DNA of 64,000 bases from an uncultured cyanobacterium. GTDB lineage: Bacteria; Cyanobacteriota; Cyanobacteriia; Cyanobacteriales; CAWCAG01. The stretch lies in NCBI GenBank assembly GCA_963793425.1, contig CAWCAG010000005.1, positions 928,001-992,000 on the forward strand. The letters are read 5' to 3'. How positions within the stretch are numbered: position 1 is the stretch's first letter; every line of letters starts with the position of its first letter. Below the pieces are notes generated by a model. That model was given only the letters and a program-made list of their open reading frames with translations, was not told the origin of the DNA and did no database searches. Position numbers and translations under genes: made by a program. Shown here in pieces: positions 10,286 to 20,548 of this stretch.

Positions 10286-10421
10286 TAGTGATTTCAAAAT
10301 TTATCGTGGCGATCGCAACCAGTTAATCGCCACGATTATGCCGGAAGAAGTCTAGTGCATCCAGATTTATTTAAGGAATACCCCTATACCCCTCTCCCCA
10401 TTAAATAAAGCCTTGAATCCT

Positions 10422-13208
10422 TTACTTAGCTAACTTTTGCTTATAGCGCCGGAAAACTAAGGCAAAAGGAATTGTCATGATCACGGCTAAAATTAATCCT
10501 GGTTCAGGTACATTGGAGGTATTGTCAAGAGGATTGCCGGGTTGTGCCAATTCTTCTTTGCCATCTTCTACTGTCCTATCAAACCTATCATCTTCTGCTT
10601 CGGCTGCTTTTAAGGCTTGTCTTTGCTCATCATTAACTAAGACAATCATAGAAGAGTAGGGGGTAACGATGGCATATTTTTTGGCCAGGTTATGAATTTT
10701 GTCTAATTCTTTTACTGAATTGCCATCGCTTTGGGCGCTTAAGCTTTTAATTAACTGTCTAGTAGCCAGGGGCGCAAAGTCCTGTTTTGTAGTAGCTTCT
10801 GCTTGAGTTGTGGTGACAGACCAACTATAATTATCAATTACATTAGAACCGAGTTGAGATTGTGTGGCTGCCCTTTTCAATACTTCTGGTAGTGCTGTGG
10901 CAACTCCCCCTTGACTGTCTTGAATCACTTTTAACGAGGCATCGTCGTAAGCTGGGGCTAAGGAATCTCCTAAGTGTACAACCCATAAAGGTGATTTGAT
11001 GTCCGGCACATCTTTGCTATCGTCTGCTAATTCATAGTTGCTGGCATCTGTGAGGACAATAATGTTGTTGTAGGAATTGTTCCCTTGCAACTTAACAAAC
11101 TGGTACAACATTTCTTTAAGTTGCAACTTGCCGTAAAAGACTTGCTTGTTAGCTGGGAAACTTTGGATATCATCTAGGAATTGAGGTGCATATTTGCCTG
11201 TAGCTGTTAAATATAAGTCGGCATCTGAGAAACCATTCTTCTTTAACCAAGTGAAAGTTTCCTCTACTTTCTGAGAATTTTCTCCCATGCTATGGGAAGT
11301 GTCGAGGATGATAGCTAAGGATTCCTTTTTCGGTAAGACATAATCTTTTTCGGTGAGAGGTGTTGCAGTTAAGCGGTAGCCTTCTGATAAGCTAATTTGC
11401 TGTTTTTGGGGTTGGTATGGCTTTTGGGCAGGTAAGAAAGCCGGAAGCCAGTTTTTACCATCTCCTTTAACCTTTGCCCCATTTTGCGATCGCAAACTAG
11501 CCTTTGTCCAAAAAATGTTACGTCTCTCTGCCAATTTAGGCAATGCCCAGCCTTGTGGTTGCTGCATGACTTTATAGGTAAGCCAGAGGTGCATTTGCGT
11601 GGGAGCTTCGGGGTCTGCTGGTTGCTGCCCTAAAGGGAGGCGGGGAGGGACAGGAAAGGCTCTTAAACGGTAGTTTCGGGGGCCAACTTGTTCTAGTAAG
11701 GCGGGGTCAACAGGGCGCTCTCTTCTGACTTGGGAGTTATATACTTTTTGTGCCGCACCGCGAGGAGAAACTTGGAAGGTGAAGCGTTTATCCCTGTCGG
11801 CACTGTCTCCTAACCAAACTCCGGTGACGACAGCACTTTCTGGTAAGGAGAAATAGTAGAGAATTTCTTCGACATCATTGGTTTGGTTTTCATAGACTTC
11901 ATATAGTTCTATTTCTGCCCAGTCTCCTTGGGGGGTAAGGGTTATATCTTGCGATTTCAACCAAACTCTTTTTTCATCAATATTGAGTACTCCTGCTTTG
12001 GCTTCATCCAGGATAAAGGTAGATTTCAAGGCATGGCGGATAGCGTCTTTTTCTCCTTTTTGAATAGGGAGATCAAAAAATTCTTCGTAAAGTTGTTCTG
12101 CTTTAGTATTATCTTCCGAAGAACCTTGATAAAGGAAAGGAGAAATGAGAGTATTAAAACCATCTTGAAAGATTTGTGAGGCTGACTCGTTTAAGTCGAA
12201 AGCATTTCTATAAAGATAGGCAATAGAGTTGCTATCTTCCCCTGGAGAAAGATAGCGATAGGAATATAAGTAAGCGTTAATTAAACCCCGGCGAATGGTG
12301 GGAGTTTTTTTGAGTAAGGCTGTTTTTTCACTATTAGTTTGCGGCGATTTATTTAAGAGTTCAAAGGCTTGAGTTTGCGGTTGGTGATTGAAGCCAACAA
12401 AGAGAATAAACCAAGCTGTCAAGACTCCTAACACTCCTGAAATAGTAGCCTTTTTGCCATAATCAGAACGAAATCTTTGAATTATTCTTGTTCCTGATTT
12501 GATGTAGAATGTTACCCAAAACAAGGGCATTAAAATGAATAGAGTGGCGCTGAGGATGAAAAGGAGTATCATCGGTGCGCCATAAATAATAAATTCTATC
12601 CAAGATATCCAGTCTTGAGTTAGCGCTCGCCATATGCCTGTTAACCAGTAAAAATCCCAAAACCATTCCCAGAAAAAAGCACCTATAGGAACAGCATAAA
12701 ATGCTAATAGGATTCCGACTCCGACTCCTACTAATAACATGAGGGTATGAACCCCCAGTTGCAAGCTAGCTAAAAGGCGATTTTCTTCTCCGTAGCCATT
12801 AACTAACTCGACAAAAAATCCTAACAAACAAACGAGTAATGTTCCGATAACTAAATGACTAGCCGGGGTGAGTTCTCGGAGTATGAATAAACGTATGAGC
12901 AAAAGAAGAATTAAGGGGGCTTCTAAACCATAAAATAAGCGAATTAACTTGTTAGGTTCCAAAGAAAAAGTGAGGCGGGCGATGGCTACTGTAGCCAAAG
13001 GTATTAATAATATAGCAACGAAGACGAAGAAAAACTCTCTTTCAATTTCTCCTCGTAAACCTGCTAACCAAAAACCAGTACCGAGAAGAGGTAGCAAGCC
13101 ACCATAAATAACTAACAGGAAAGCCAGGTTCCAAAACCAGAAAACCCCAGCCCCTGAGATGTTGAGGAATGATTTTAATTTTCCTTGAGGTTTTTTAATA
13201 GTTTTCAT
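10422..13208 (-). CDS. PEP-CTERM integral membrane protein (TIGR02921-like; VIT and vWA-like domains)
   Basis: Multi-TM N-terminus, VIT-like FSLPESAVVTG...DPALLEQ, vWA-like LDTSHSM, and C-terminal VPEP + TM + basic tail. Confidence 0.85.
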   Translation of the reverse strand: MKTIKKPQGKLKSFLNISGAGVFWFWNLAFLLVIYGGLLPLLGTGFWLAGLRGEIEREFFFVFVAILLIPLATVAIARLTFSLEPNKLIRLFYGLEAPLILLLLIRLFILRELTPASHLVIGTLLVCLLGFFVELVNGYGEENRLLASLQLGVHTLMLLVGVGVGILLAFYAVPIGAFFWEWFWDFYWLTGIWRALTQDWISWIEFIIYGAPMILLFILSATLFILMPLFWVTFYIKSGTRIIQRFRSDYGKKATISGVLGVLTAWFILFVGFNHQPQTQAFELLNKSPQTNSEKTALLKKTPTIRRGLINAYLYSYRYLSPGEDSNSIAYLYRNAFDLNESASQIFQDGFNTLISPFLYQGSSEDNTKAEQLYEEFFDLPIQKGEKDAIRHALKSTFILDEAKAGVLNIDEKRVWLKSQDITLTPQGDWAEIELYEVYENQTNDVEEILYYFSLPESAVVTGVWLGDSADRDKRFTFQVSPRGAAQKVYNSQVRRERPVDPALLEQVGPRNYRLRAFPVPPRLPLGQQPADPEAPTQMHLWLTYKVMQQPQGWALPKLAERRNIFWTKASLRSQNGAKVKGDGKNWLPAFLPAQKPYQPQKQQISLSEGYRLTATPLTEKDYVLPKKESLAIILDTSHSMGENSQKVEETFTWLKKNGFSDADLYLTATGKYAPQFLDDIQSFPANKQVFYGKLQLKEMLYQFVKLQGNNSYNNIIVLTDASNYELADDSKDVPDIKSPLWVVHLGDSLAPAYDDASLKVIQDSQGGVATALPEVLKRAATQSQLGSNVIDNYSWSVTTTQAEATTKQDFAPLATRQLIKSLSAQSDGNSVKELDKIHNLAKKYAIVTPYSSMIVLVNDEQRQALKAAEAEDDRFDRTVEDGKEELAQPGNPLDNTSNVPEPGLILAVIMTIPFALVFRRYKQKLAK

Positions 13209-13327
13209 TTGGTATAAAAGGTTATACTTTTTACGCGAACACCGAAAGGACTACATTTATCTAGCTAGACTTTCCAGATTTTTCTTCCATATAGTTCTTC
13301 AATAATCAGTTATTAGAGAGAGTAGCG

Positions 13328-13792
13328 ATGAGAAAAAGCAGAAATAACCTAGGATTAAGACGGGGCGATATCATCCTTGCTTATACTTTTTTACGACTTA
13401 TTGTCGGAATTAATTACTTCAATCATGGCTTTACTCGTCTTGGTAACATCCCTGATTTTGTGGCAGGGATGGTAGATAAATTTCAAGGTACATTTATTCC
13501 GGAGATATTGATTAGAATTAATGCTGCCTTGGTTCCCCCGGTGGAATTGATTGTTGGTTTGCTAATTACCATTGGCTTATTAACTCGTTCTGCTTTAATT
13601 GCCTGTTTTGCTCTCATGCTAATTTTGATGTATGGAGTTACTTTAGTTCAAGATTGGCAAGTGGCAGGGGGACAGCTAACTTATAACTTGGCCCTATTTA
13701 TTTTACTAGCGGGGCTTGGTTTTAATACTATTTCTGTAGATAATTGGTGGCAAAAACGTAGCAAAAAGTCAAAGGATAACTTAGGTAAATAA
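13328..13792 (+). CDS. DoxX family membrane protein
   Basis: LRLIVG..F.HG...ELIVGLLITIGLLTR...SVD; about four TM segments. Confidence 0.8.
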   Translation: MRKSRNNLGLRRGDIILAYTFLRLIVGINYFNHGFTRLGNIPDFVAGMVDKFQGTFIPEILIRINAALVPPVELIVGLLITIGLLTRSALIACFALMLILMYGVTLVQDWQVAGGQLTYNLALFILLAGLGFNTISVDNWWQKRSKKSKDNLGK

Positions 13793-13810
13793 ACAGCTAA
13801 ATAATTTTGC

Positions 13811-13856
13811 AAGCGACCCATATTTAGCTAGTATTAACATTAACATTGGGTCGCTT
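13811..13856. terminator. Hairpin between convergent genes
   Basis: AAGCGACCCA ... TGGGTCGCTT inverted repeat. Confidence 0.6.
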
Positions 13857-13871
13857 ATCAGTTACTTGCAA

Positions 13872-14261
13872 TTAATTGTGATCTTCAAAACGAATAATAT
13901 CGTCATCACCCAAATGTTCGCCATTCTGCACTTCAATCATCACCAAAGGTATAACACCAGGATTTTCTACACGATGGCGAGTATTCATTGGTACATAGGT
14001 TGATTGCTTTTGCATCAACACTGTTTCTTCATCGTTGCAAATAACCCTAGCTGTACCAGAAACCACAATCCAATGTTCGCTGCGATGATAGTGCATTTGC
14101 GTACTGATGTGATGCCCTGGCTTAACTTCAATACGATTAATTCTATATCTAGCCCCTTCTTCTAGAACAGTCACTTTTCCCCAAGGAGGAGTTCTTTCTA
14201 GCAAAATTTCTTCATCTTCGGTTTCCTTGACTATGCGACCATGATTTTGCTCGTCATTCAT
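13872..14261 (-). CDS. Type II mannose-6-phosphate isomerase C-terminal cupin domain protein
   Basis: PWG, QMHYHRSEHWIVVSG, HRVENPG, IEVQNG...DDIIRFED. Confidence 0.88.
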   Translation of the reverse strand: MNDEQNHGRIVKETEDEEILLERTPPWGKVTVLEEGARYRINRIEVKPGHHISTQMHYHRSEHWIVVSGTARVICNDEETVLMQKQSTYVPMNTRHRVENPGVIPLVMIEVQNGEHLGDDDIIRFEDHN

Positions 14262-14348
14262 AGCTCTTTCCCTTAAAATAGTTCCTTTCAGGATACTAAG
14301 AATTTTAGCCTAAATATAATTTTGTTGAAGGTTGATAATCACTAAAAA

Positions 14349-17033
14349 TTAGTTTTCTTCTCTACTCAACTGTTGTAATAAATTCTCCAACTCTTGCTGG
14401 TAACGTCCATAATCAGACCAATTCCCAATACGTAAAGCTTCCTTGGCTTTTTGAAAAGCAGCCCAAGCAGAATTAGCTAAATCAGAATTAGTTTGGTTAG
14501 TGATAGCTGTTGTTTGTTTCTCACCAAAAATAGCCGCAAAAGCTTCTTCTAAACTTTCTTCCATAACAATATTTTTATCATAGGCTAAAATAACTCGCTT
14601 TAGTTCTGGAAGTTCCCCTTGTTCTGCCCGTAGGTAAACTGGTTCTATATAGAGTAAGGATTCTTCGATAGGAATAACTAACAAATCACCACGAATGACC
14701 CGGGAACCTTCTTGACTCCATAAGGTTAATTGTTCAGAAATTTCTGGAGTTTGATTTACCCTAGCAACAATTTGCGAAGGACCATAAACTAGTTCTTGTT
14801 TAGGAAATTTATAAAGTAGTAATTTACCATAGTTTTCCCCATCAGAACGGGCGGTCATCCAGGCAATCATATTATCTTTATTAACGGGGGTAAAAGGAGA
14901 AATAAGTACAAATTCTTCCTGGAGTTCCCCTGGCAGGCGCATTATTAAATAATAAGGTTCCATTGTTTCTTGCTTGCCTTCATATACTGTGGTGGGGAAA
15001 CGCCAAAGATCCTCGCGATTATAGAAGACTTGGGGGTTACTCATGTGGTAAGCAAGATACATTTGGGCTTGAATTTTAAATAGATCCGAAGGATAACGAA
15101 AATGAGCTTTTATTTGAGGAGAAATCTTTGCTTTTGAGGTAAATAGATTCGGAAAAATCTTCTGATAAGTGGCTAATACTGGATCTATTTCATCTATAAC
15201 AAAAAACGTCATCGTACCGTCATAGGCATCAATGATAACTTTAACCGAATTACGAATATAATTAATTTTACTGGCCTGATTACCTTTTAATGGTTCGGAG
15301 TAGGGATAGCGATCGCTAGTAGTATAGGCATCAATAATCCAAGTTAATTTCCCTTCAATGACAGCTATGTAAGGATCATCATCAAAGCGCAAAAAAGGAG
15401 CGATCTGTTGTACTCTATCTTTGATACTTCGGTGGTAATGAATGCGAGAATTTTTAGTAAAGTAATCAGAAAGTAAGATTTTAATACTGCGTTGATTATA
15501 AGCATAAACTAACCTACGCCAAAAAGAAGCAATAGAAACTCCTCCCTTACCATCGTAGTTATTGAAAGCGTTTTCTTCCCCTAAAGGATAGTCAAATTCT
15601 TTGGTGCTAGTACCAGTAAAAATATAAGTTTTAGTTTCCTCCCCATAATAAATTCTCGGTTGCGTAATTGTTAAATCTACCGTAGATACAGGAGGAATAT
15701 CTTTAATAAATAGCTCCGGCAAACCATCAGGAGCAACAGTATTAACAGGACTCATGGCTAAGCCGTAACCATGGGTATATTTCAGCCTTTTATTAACCCA
15801 AGTACGGGCGCGATTAGAAACTTGGGAATAAGAAAGTTCTCTAGGAGAAAGCATTACCTGACGATAATTACCATCAAAAGTATAGCGATCAATATCAACA
15901 TCACTAAATTTGTAGTAAAGGCGAATTTCTTGTAACTGGCGGTAGGTTCTTAAAAGAGGGCGATAGTCCCAGAGACGAATATTGCGGACAGTAGATTCAT
16001 TTTCTTGTAAGATTTGGCGATTTAATTGTGCTTCAGCCGGATAATCTTTTCTTTGTACTTCTTGGAGATTGTAAGCGTTGCGAGTAAATTGAATGTTGTT
16101 TTCAATATAAGGTTTTTCTTTTTCTAATTCGTTGGGTTCAACGACAAATCTTTGTTGCCATAAAGGATAAATACCATTGATGAAAATGAAAATAGCTAAG
16201 TATAGAGCGATGCCATAACCTGGTAAGGTCAAATTAGGACGATAAACTGCGACTAAAAAGATAATTGCTAAAGCAAAAGTAGCAAAAGCCATTACCCAAT
16301 AGGCAATGAGTTTAGCATGAACATCGGTATAGCCAGCCCCGAAAACTACTCCTTCTGGAGAATAAAGCAATTCATAGCGTCGTAACCAGAATCCTAAAGC
16401 ATTTAAGAAAGCAATTCCTGCTAAAAGGAAGCTGAGGTGAGTTTTAACTTTCCCGGTGAGTATTTGTCGCCATTGAGTTTGAAAAGAAACAGTTTCTTTA
16501 AAAATATAAATAAGTAAAGATAGAACAAGTGCCGCAATCAATAGGGTGGATAACCAAGCCAGAATACTTTCATAAAGAGGTAGTTGGAAAAAATAGAAAC
16601 TAATATCCTTTTGATAAATAGGATCAGCTAATTGGAATAAGGTACTATGGATATATTTTAGAATAGTTTCCCATGCCGGAATACTTTCAGTCGCTGCTGC
16701 CCAAGCTGCAACAAAAATGATTACTAAAGCGAGATAATTAACCAGGTATTTATTATAAAGTTCTAAATAACTACCAGTAAAAAAACTAAAAGAGCGGTCA
16801 CGGGTAAAAGATTGTGCCAACCAATAGTTTCCCCACAAAAAAGCGAAGTAAATAACCGCAGTAGCGAACCAGATTAAAACTTGCCAAGTTATCCGCGTCC
16901 AAAAAACCTGCCCGTAACCAACAGTATCAAACCACCACAATTGTGTTAACAACCTCATTAATGTAGTAAGAATAAATAAAGAAATTATTCCTACCAATAA
17001 AGCAGCTACAATATTTCTCTGCCGTACTTTCAT
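14349..17033 (-). CDS. UPF0182 family membrane protein
   Basis: WF...Y..VF.T, GAGYTD, NIRLWD, YTHGYG, YIRNSVK motifs. Confidence 0.92.
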   Translation of the reverse strand: MKVRQRNIVAALLVGIISLFILTTLMRLLTQLWWFDTVGYGQVFWTRITWQVLIWFATAVIYFAFLWGNYWLAQSFTRDRSFSFFTGSYLELYNKYLVNYLALVIIFVAAWAAATESIPAWETILKYIHSTLFQLADPIYQKDISFYFFQLPLYESILAWLSTLLIAALVLSLLIYIFKETVSFQTQWRQILTGKVKTHLSFLLAGIAFLNALGFWLRRYELLYSPEGVVFGAGYTDVHAKLIAYWVMAFATFALAIIFLVAVYRPNLTLPGYGIALYLAIFIFINGIYPLWQQRFVVEPNELEKEKPYIENNIQFTRNAYNLQEVQRKDYPAEAQLNRQILQENESTVRNIRLWDYRPLLRTYRQLQEIRLYYKFSDVDIDRYTFDGNYRQVMLSPRELSYSQVSNRARTWVNKRLKYTHGYGLAMSPVNTVAPDGLPELFIKDIPPVSTVDLTITQPRIYYGEETKTYIFTGTSTKEFDYPLGEENAFNNYDGKGGVSIASFWRRLVYAYNQRSIKILLSDYFTKNSRIHYHRSIKDRVQQIAPFLRFDDDPYIAVIEGKLTWIIDAYTTSDRYPYSEPLKGNQASKINYIRNSVKVIIDAYDGTMTFFVIDEIDPVLATYQKIFPNLFTSKAKISPQIKAHFRYPSDLFKIQAQMYLAYHMSNPQVFYNREDLWRFPTTVYEGKQETMEPYYLIMRLPGELQEEFVLISPFTPVNKDNMIAWMTARSDGENYGKLLLYKFPKQELVYGPSQIVARVNQTPEISEQLTLWSQEGSRVIRGDLLVIPIEESLLYIEPVYLRAEQGELPELKRVILAYDKNIVMEESLEEAFAAIFGEKQTTAITNQTNSDLANSAWAAFQKAKEALRIGNWSDYGRYQQELENLLQQLSREEN

Positions 17034-17045
17034 TACTTATAAGTC

Positions 17046-17444
17046 TTAAATGATTTTAGCTAAAATGCTTCCTAGCTGAATGCTAATCAATCCTAGTATG
17101 GCACTTCCTAACCAATATAAAATTGCTATTTGTACAGTGGTGCTACGTAGCAAATTAACGGTGTCTAATTCGTAAGTAGAAAAAGTTGTATAGGAACCTA
17201 AAAATCCTACCGCAACTAACAATCCTAATTCTGGGGAAATAGTAGCAATTCTTTCTGAAGCTAGGGTGACAAAGAAACCCATACCGAAACAACCAGTAAG
17301 ATTGATAGCTAGAGTACCATAGGGAAAGTTTGTACCCAAAATTTGCCCCAACCAGATACCTAAATAGTAACGACTTAGAGAACCGGCGATCGCACCTAAA
17401 CTAATGGCTATGGGGTGGCGAATAGTAAATTGCTCTGGTAACAC
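17046..17444 (-). CDS. crcB: Fluoride efflux channel Fluc/CrcB
   Basis: [28 protein letters not shown]. Confidence 0.93.
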   Translation of the reverse strand: MLPEQFTIRHPIAISLGAIAGSLSRYYLGIWLGQILGTNFPYGTLAINLTGCFGMGFFVTLASERIATISPELGLLVAVGFLGSYTTFSTYELDTVNLLRSTTVQIAILYWLGSAILGLISIQLGSILAKII

Positions 17445-17997
17445 TTCTTGTCAATAGTTTAAATTCGTTTCAAAACTATCATAGAATTAGCGTTTAATAG
17501 TCAATTGATATCAAAAATAGTTTGGAAAACGGCTTTTAGAAACGCACCTATTCCACTCTCTACAGAATATCATGTCAAGAAGCAAGAGTTTTGCCTAAAT
17601 TAACATCAATAAGCAAAACTTTCCTTTCTTACGCTCTAAGTTTAAATTATTTAAACCCAAGCAACTTTTGAGCATCTTTATGAAGTCATATTAAGAACGA
17701 GCCAACAAGGTTTTGAAGGTGGTTGATTTTGTAATAGAATTAATCAAGATTTATAAACTATGATAAGCTGGCATTTTTCATACCTAAAACAAGCTTTAAT
17801 TAAGTGTAGCCAGAGTGTGACAAGGCTTTTCCTTAAAACAAAAAGCTTAATAAAAGAAAATCTACAATACTACAAGCTTCTTACAATCACTTCTTGCCGG
17901 AACTGAATTTAATCATCTATTGACAAAACACAGCTTCAATGGTATAGAGTCCGAGTACTCTAAAACCATGAGAAACTTATCGAAACTACTTGCTTAC

Positions 17998-19056
17998 TCA
18001 AAACAACTCTTCGGCTTCCTCATAAAGTTCTTGCAGAGTTTGATGTCGCTGACGACGGGAACTACGACGATACTTCTTACTTTCTAACTTTGGTTCATAC
18101 TCTTGCTTCCCAGACCCCTTAATCTTCAACTTCAAACTCGCTTCGTGATCCGGCCTCTGTTGCAAAGCTTCTTGAGTTGCGATCACCTCTCCTAAAAATT
18201 TGAGATAATGCTCATAACGTTCCCAATCTCCCCTAACTGCACAATTAGGCTCATCTCTGTGTAAGCAATCACTAAACTGACAATCTCCCTTAACCAGGCG
18301 CTGTCGTACTTCTGGAAAGTAGGAAGCCAAATCAGCAGGATCACAAGTTAAATTAGGCTGATTGAAGCCAGGAGTATCAGCCAAAAAACTGCCCCCAGGC
18401 AATTCAAAAAGTTCAACATGGCGTGTCGTATGCCTACCCCGACCCAGCTTTCCAGAAACTGCTCCCACCCGCACTTGCAAATCGGGGATTAGCAGATTAA
18501 CCAAGCTAGATTTACCTACTCCAGAAGGCCCTGCCAAAATACTTATTTTCTCCCGTAGCAGTTGAGTTAAGTCCTCTAAACCTCGATTATCAACAACGCT
18601 AATAAATATCGGTTCATAGCCCCAACTTTGCAAGCATTCCTGCCAATATTCTAGTTGTTGGGCAGTAATTAAATCAGTTTTATTTAAACATAAACGAGGT
18701 AATAACTGAGTTGATTCGGCCTTAACTAAAAAGCGACTCAATTGCCAGGGATCTAAACTTGGTTCCTCAACAGCAAAAACTAAAATAATTTGCTCTGCAT
18801 TAGCCACAGGAGGGCGTTCTAAAACTGATTTCCGGGGTAAAACTTCTGCAATAACTCCCCGACCATCTTGATAATCAGGTTCGGTGACCACTACGCGATC
18901 GCCTACCATCACCTTCTGACCAATCTTTTTCAAGCGACTCCGCCTGGTACAAAGCAAAGCAGCAAGATTATCTAACTGAACTTGATGAAAATTAGCTTGA
19001 ACAGCCGTAACTGTCCCTAAAACTCCTTTTCCTTTAGCAGCAACAGCATCCCTCAC
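17998..19056 (-). CDS. rsgA: Ribosome small subunit-dependent GTPase
   Basis: Circularly permuted G motifs NKTD / GPSGVGKS / RHTT / DTPG; Zn finger CQFSDCLHRDEPNC. Confidence 0.95.
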   Translation of the reverse strand: MRDAVAAKGKGVLGTVTAVQANFHQVQLDNLAALLCTRRSRLKKIGQKVMVGDRVVVTEPDYQDGRGVIAEVLPRKSVLERPPVANAEQIILVFAVEEPSLDPWQLSRFLVKAESTQLLPRLCLNKTDLITAQQLEYWQECLQSWGYEPIFISVVDNRGLEDLTQLLREKISILAGPSGVGKSSLVNLLIPDLQVRVGAVSGKLGRGRHTTRHVELFELPGGSFLADTPGFNQPNLTCDPADLASYFPEVRQRLVKGDCQFSDCLHRDEPNCAVRGDWERYEHYLKFLGEVIATQEALQQRPDHEASLKLKIKGSGKQEYEPKLESKKYRRSSRRQRHQTLQELYEEAEELF

Positions 19057-19307
19057 GAAGTTAAGGGACGACGTACTTTGATCACAAAAAATCCTTGATG
19101 ATCTTCTACTGCTTCCAATTGATAGCCTTCCATCACCAAACTATCTGGAACCTGCTCTATAGGCTCCCCTGGATCTAACCAAACTTCTAACAATGAACCA
19201 GGACTCATTTGTTCTAAGCGTAGTTTGGTACGAACAAAATTAATCGGACAAGGAGTTCCTCGTAAATCTAGCTGTGCTTCCGGTAATTGCTCTGTAGTAA
19301 TTGCCAT
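19053..19307 (-). CDS. TusA/SirA-family sulfurtransferase
   Basis: LDLRGTPCP motif; 4-nt overlap with rsgA. Confidence 0.85.
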   Translation of the reverse strand: MAITTEQLPEAQLDLRGTPCPINFVRTKLRLEQMSPGSLLEVWLDPGEPIEQVPDSLVMEGYQLEAVEDHQGFFVIKVRRPLTS

Positions 19308-19319
19308 TGAATTAATTGC

Positions 19320-20450
19320 TCATCCCCCAAACATCTTCCCTAACAATCCTTCCAATCCACCTTTACCAACACTATCTCCTTTGAGTTGTGCCAATTTTTC
19401 TAATAATTCCCGTTCCTCAGTGCCAATACGAGTAGGAATAGCCACCTTAACAGTAATTAAATGATCCCCTCTGCTAACAGGATTTCCCAACCTCGGTACA
19501 CCTTGATTTTCCAAAGTTAATACTGTATCGGGTTGAGTGCCGGGAGGAATAGTTAATTCCGATTCTCCATCCACAGTATTAACCGGCAAGCGGCAACCTA
19601 AAATAGCTTGAATATAACTAATTGTCGCTTCAGAAAGAATATTATTCCCCTCGCGCTCAAATTCTTTATCTTCATTAACAAAAAGGTAAACATATAAATC
19701 CCCCGGCGTACCTCCCCTCGCACCAGCATCCCCTTCACGAGATACCCGTAAGCGAGTACCATTATCCACCCCCGGCGGAATAGTGATTTTCAGTTTCTTA
19801 CTTTCTTGCTTACGGCCAGCACCGCCACAATTTTCGCATTTTTCCTCAATAACTTCCCCTTCCCCATTACAGGTAGGGCAACTACTCACTTGAGCAAAAC
19901 TACCAAAGGGAGTACGAGTCGCACGGCGAACTTGCCCTGTGCCACTACAGGTAGAACAAGTTCGCCGTTGAGTTCCAGGTTTCGCCCCACTACCATTACA
20001 AACTTGACAAGCTTCTAGATGAGGGATGCGAATTTCTTTTTCTCCTCCAAAAATAGCTTCACGAAACTCCAACTTCAAATCCAGCCGCAGATCATCTCCC
20101 CTCGCCGGACCCCTTTGTCGCCGAGGGGAGGTTCCTGCTGTCCCCATACCTCCGAAACCGCTGAAGAAACTCTCAAAAATATCACTTAGCCCAGAAATAT
20201 CTTGAAAATCACCAAAACCGGCCCCAGCGCTTCCAACTCCAGCTTCTCCAAAGCGGTCGTATCTGGCACGAGTTTCTGGTTCAGACAGAACTTCATAAGC
20301 GCGGTTAATTTCTTTAATGCGCTCTTCAGCCCCTGGTTCTTTGTTAACATCCGGATGGTATTTCCGAGCAAGGCGACGGTAAGCACGTTTAAGGTCATCA
20401 GTGCTGGCATCGCGGGAAACACCAAGAATTTCGTAGTAGTCAAGGGCCAT
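19320..20450 (-). CDS. dnaJ: Chaperone DnaJ (class A)
   Basis: J domain with HPD, G/F region, four CxxCxGxG repeats. Confidence 0.97.
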   Translation of the reverse strand: MALDYYEILGVSRDASTDDLKRAYRRLARKYHPDVNKEPGAEERIKEINRAYEVLSEPETRARYDRFGEAGVGSAGAGFGDFQDISGLSDIFESFFSGFGGMGTAGTSPRRQRGPARGDDLRLDLKLEFREAIFGGEKEIRIPHLEACQVCNGSGAKPGTQRRTCSTCSGTGQVRRATRTPFGSFAQVSSCPTCNGEGEVIEEKCENCGGAGRKQESKKLKITIPPGVDNGTRLRVSREGDAGARGGTPGDLYVYLFVNEDKEFEREGNNILSEATISYIQAILGCRLPVNTVDGESELTIPPGTQPDTVLTLENQGVPRLGNPVSRGDHLITVKVAIPTRIGTEERELLEKLAQLKGDSVGKGGLEGLLGKMFGG

Positions 20451-20548
20451 AAGGTGCTGAATTGTGTTAGTTGTGGGTGGTTAGTCTTAGATTTATTTTA
20501 ATCAAATGTATAAACAACAGAAATAGAGCTTTGGTTCGGTAAAAAACT

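Noticed and set aside
17920..17970. Minus-strand GTTTTAGAG...GCTGTGTTTTG resembling a type II CRISPR repeat
   Set aside because: Single copy with no spacers or cas genes; better explained as a hairpin downstream of rsgA
17445..17997. Fluoride riboswitch upstream of crcB
   Set aside because: No GGCGATGGAGTTCGCC / CTGATGAC-like blocks were found by eye on the minus strand
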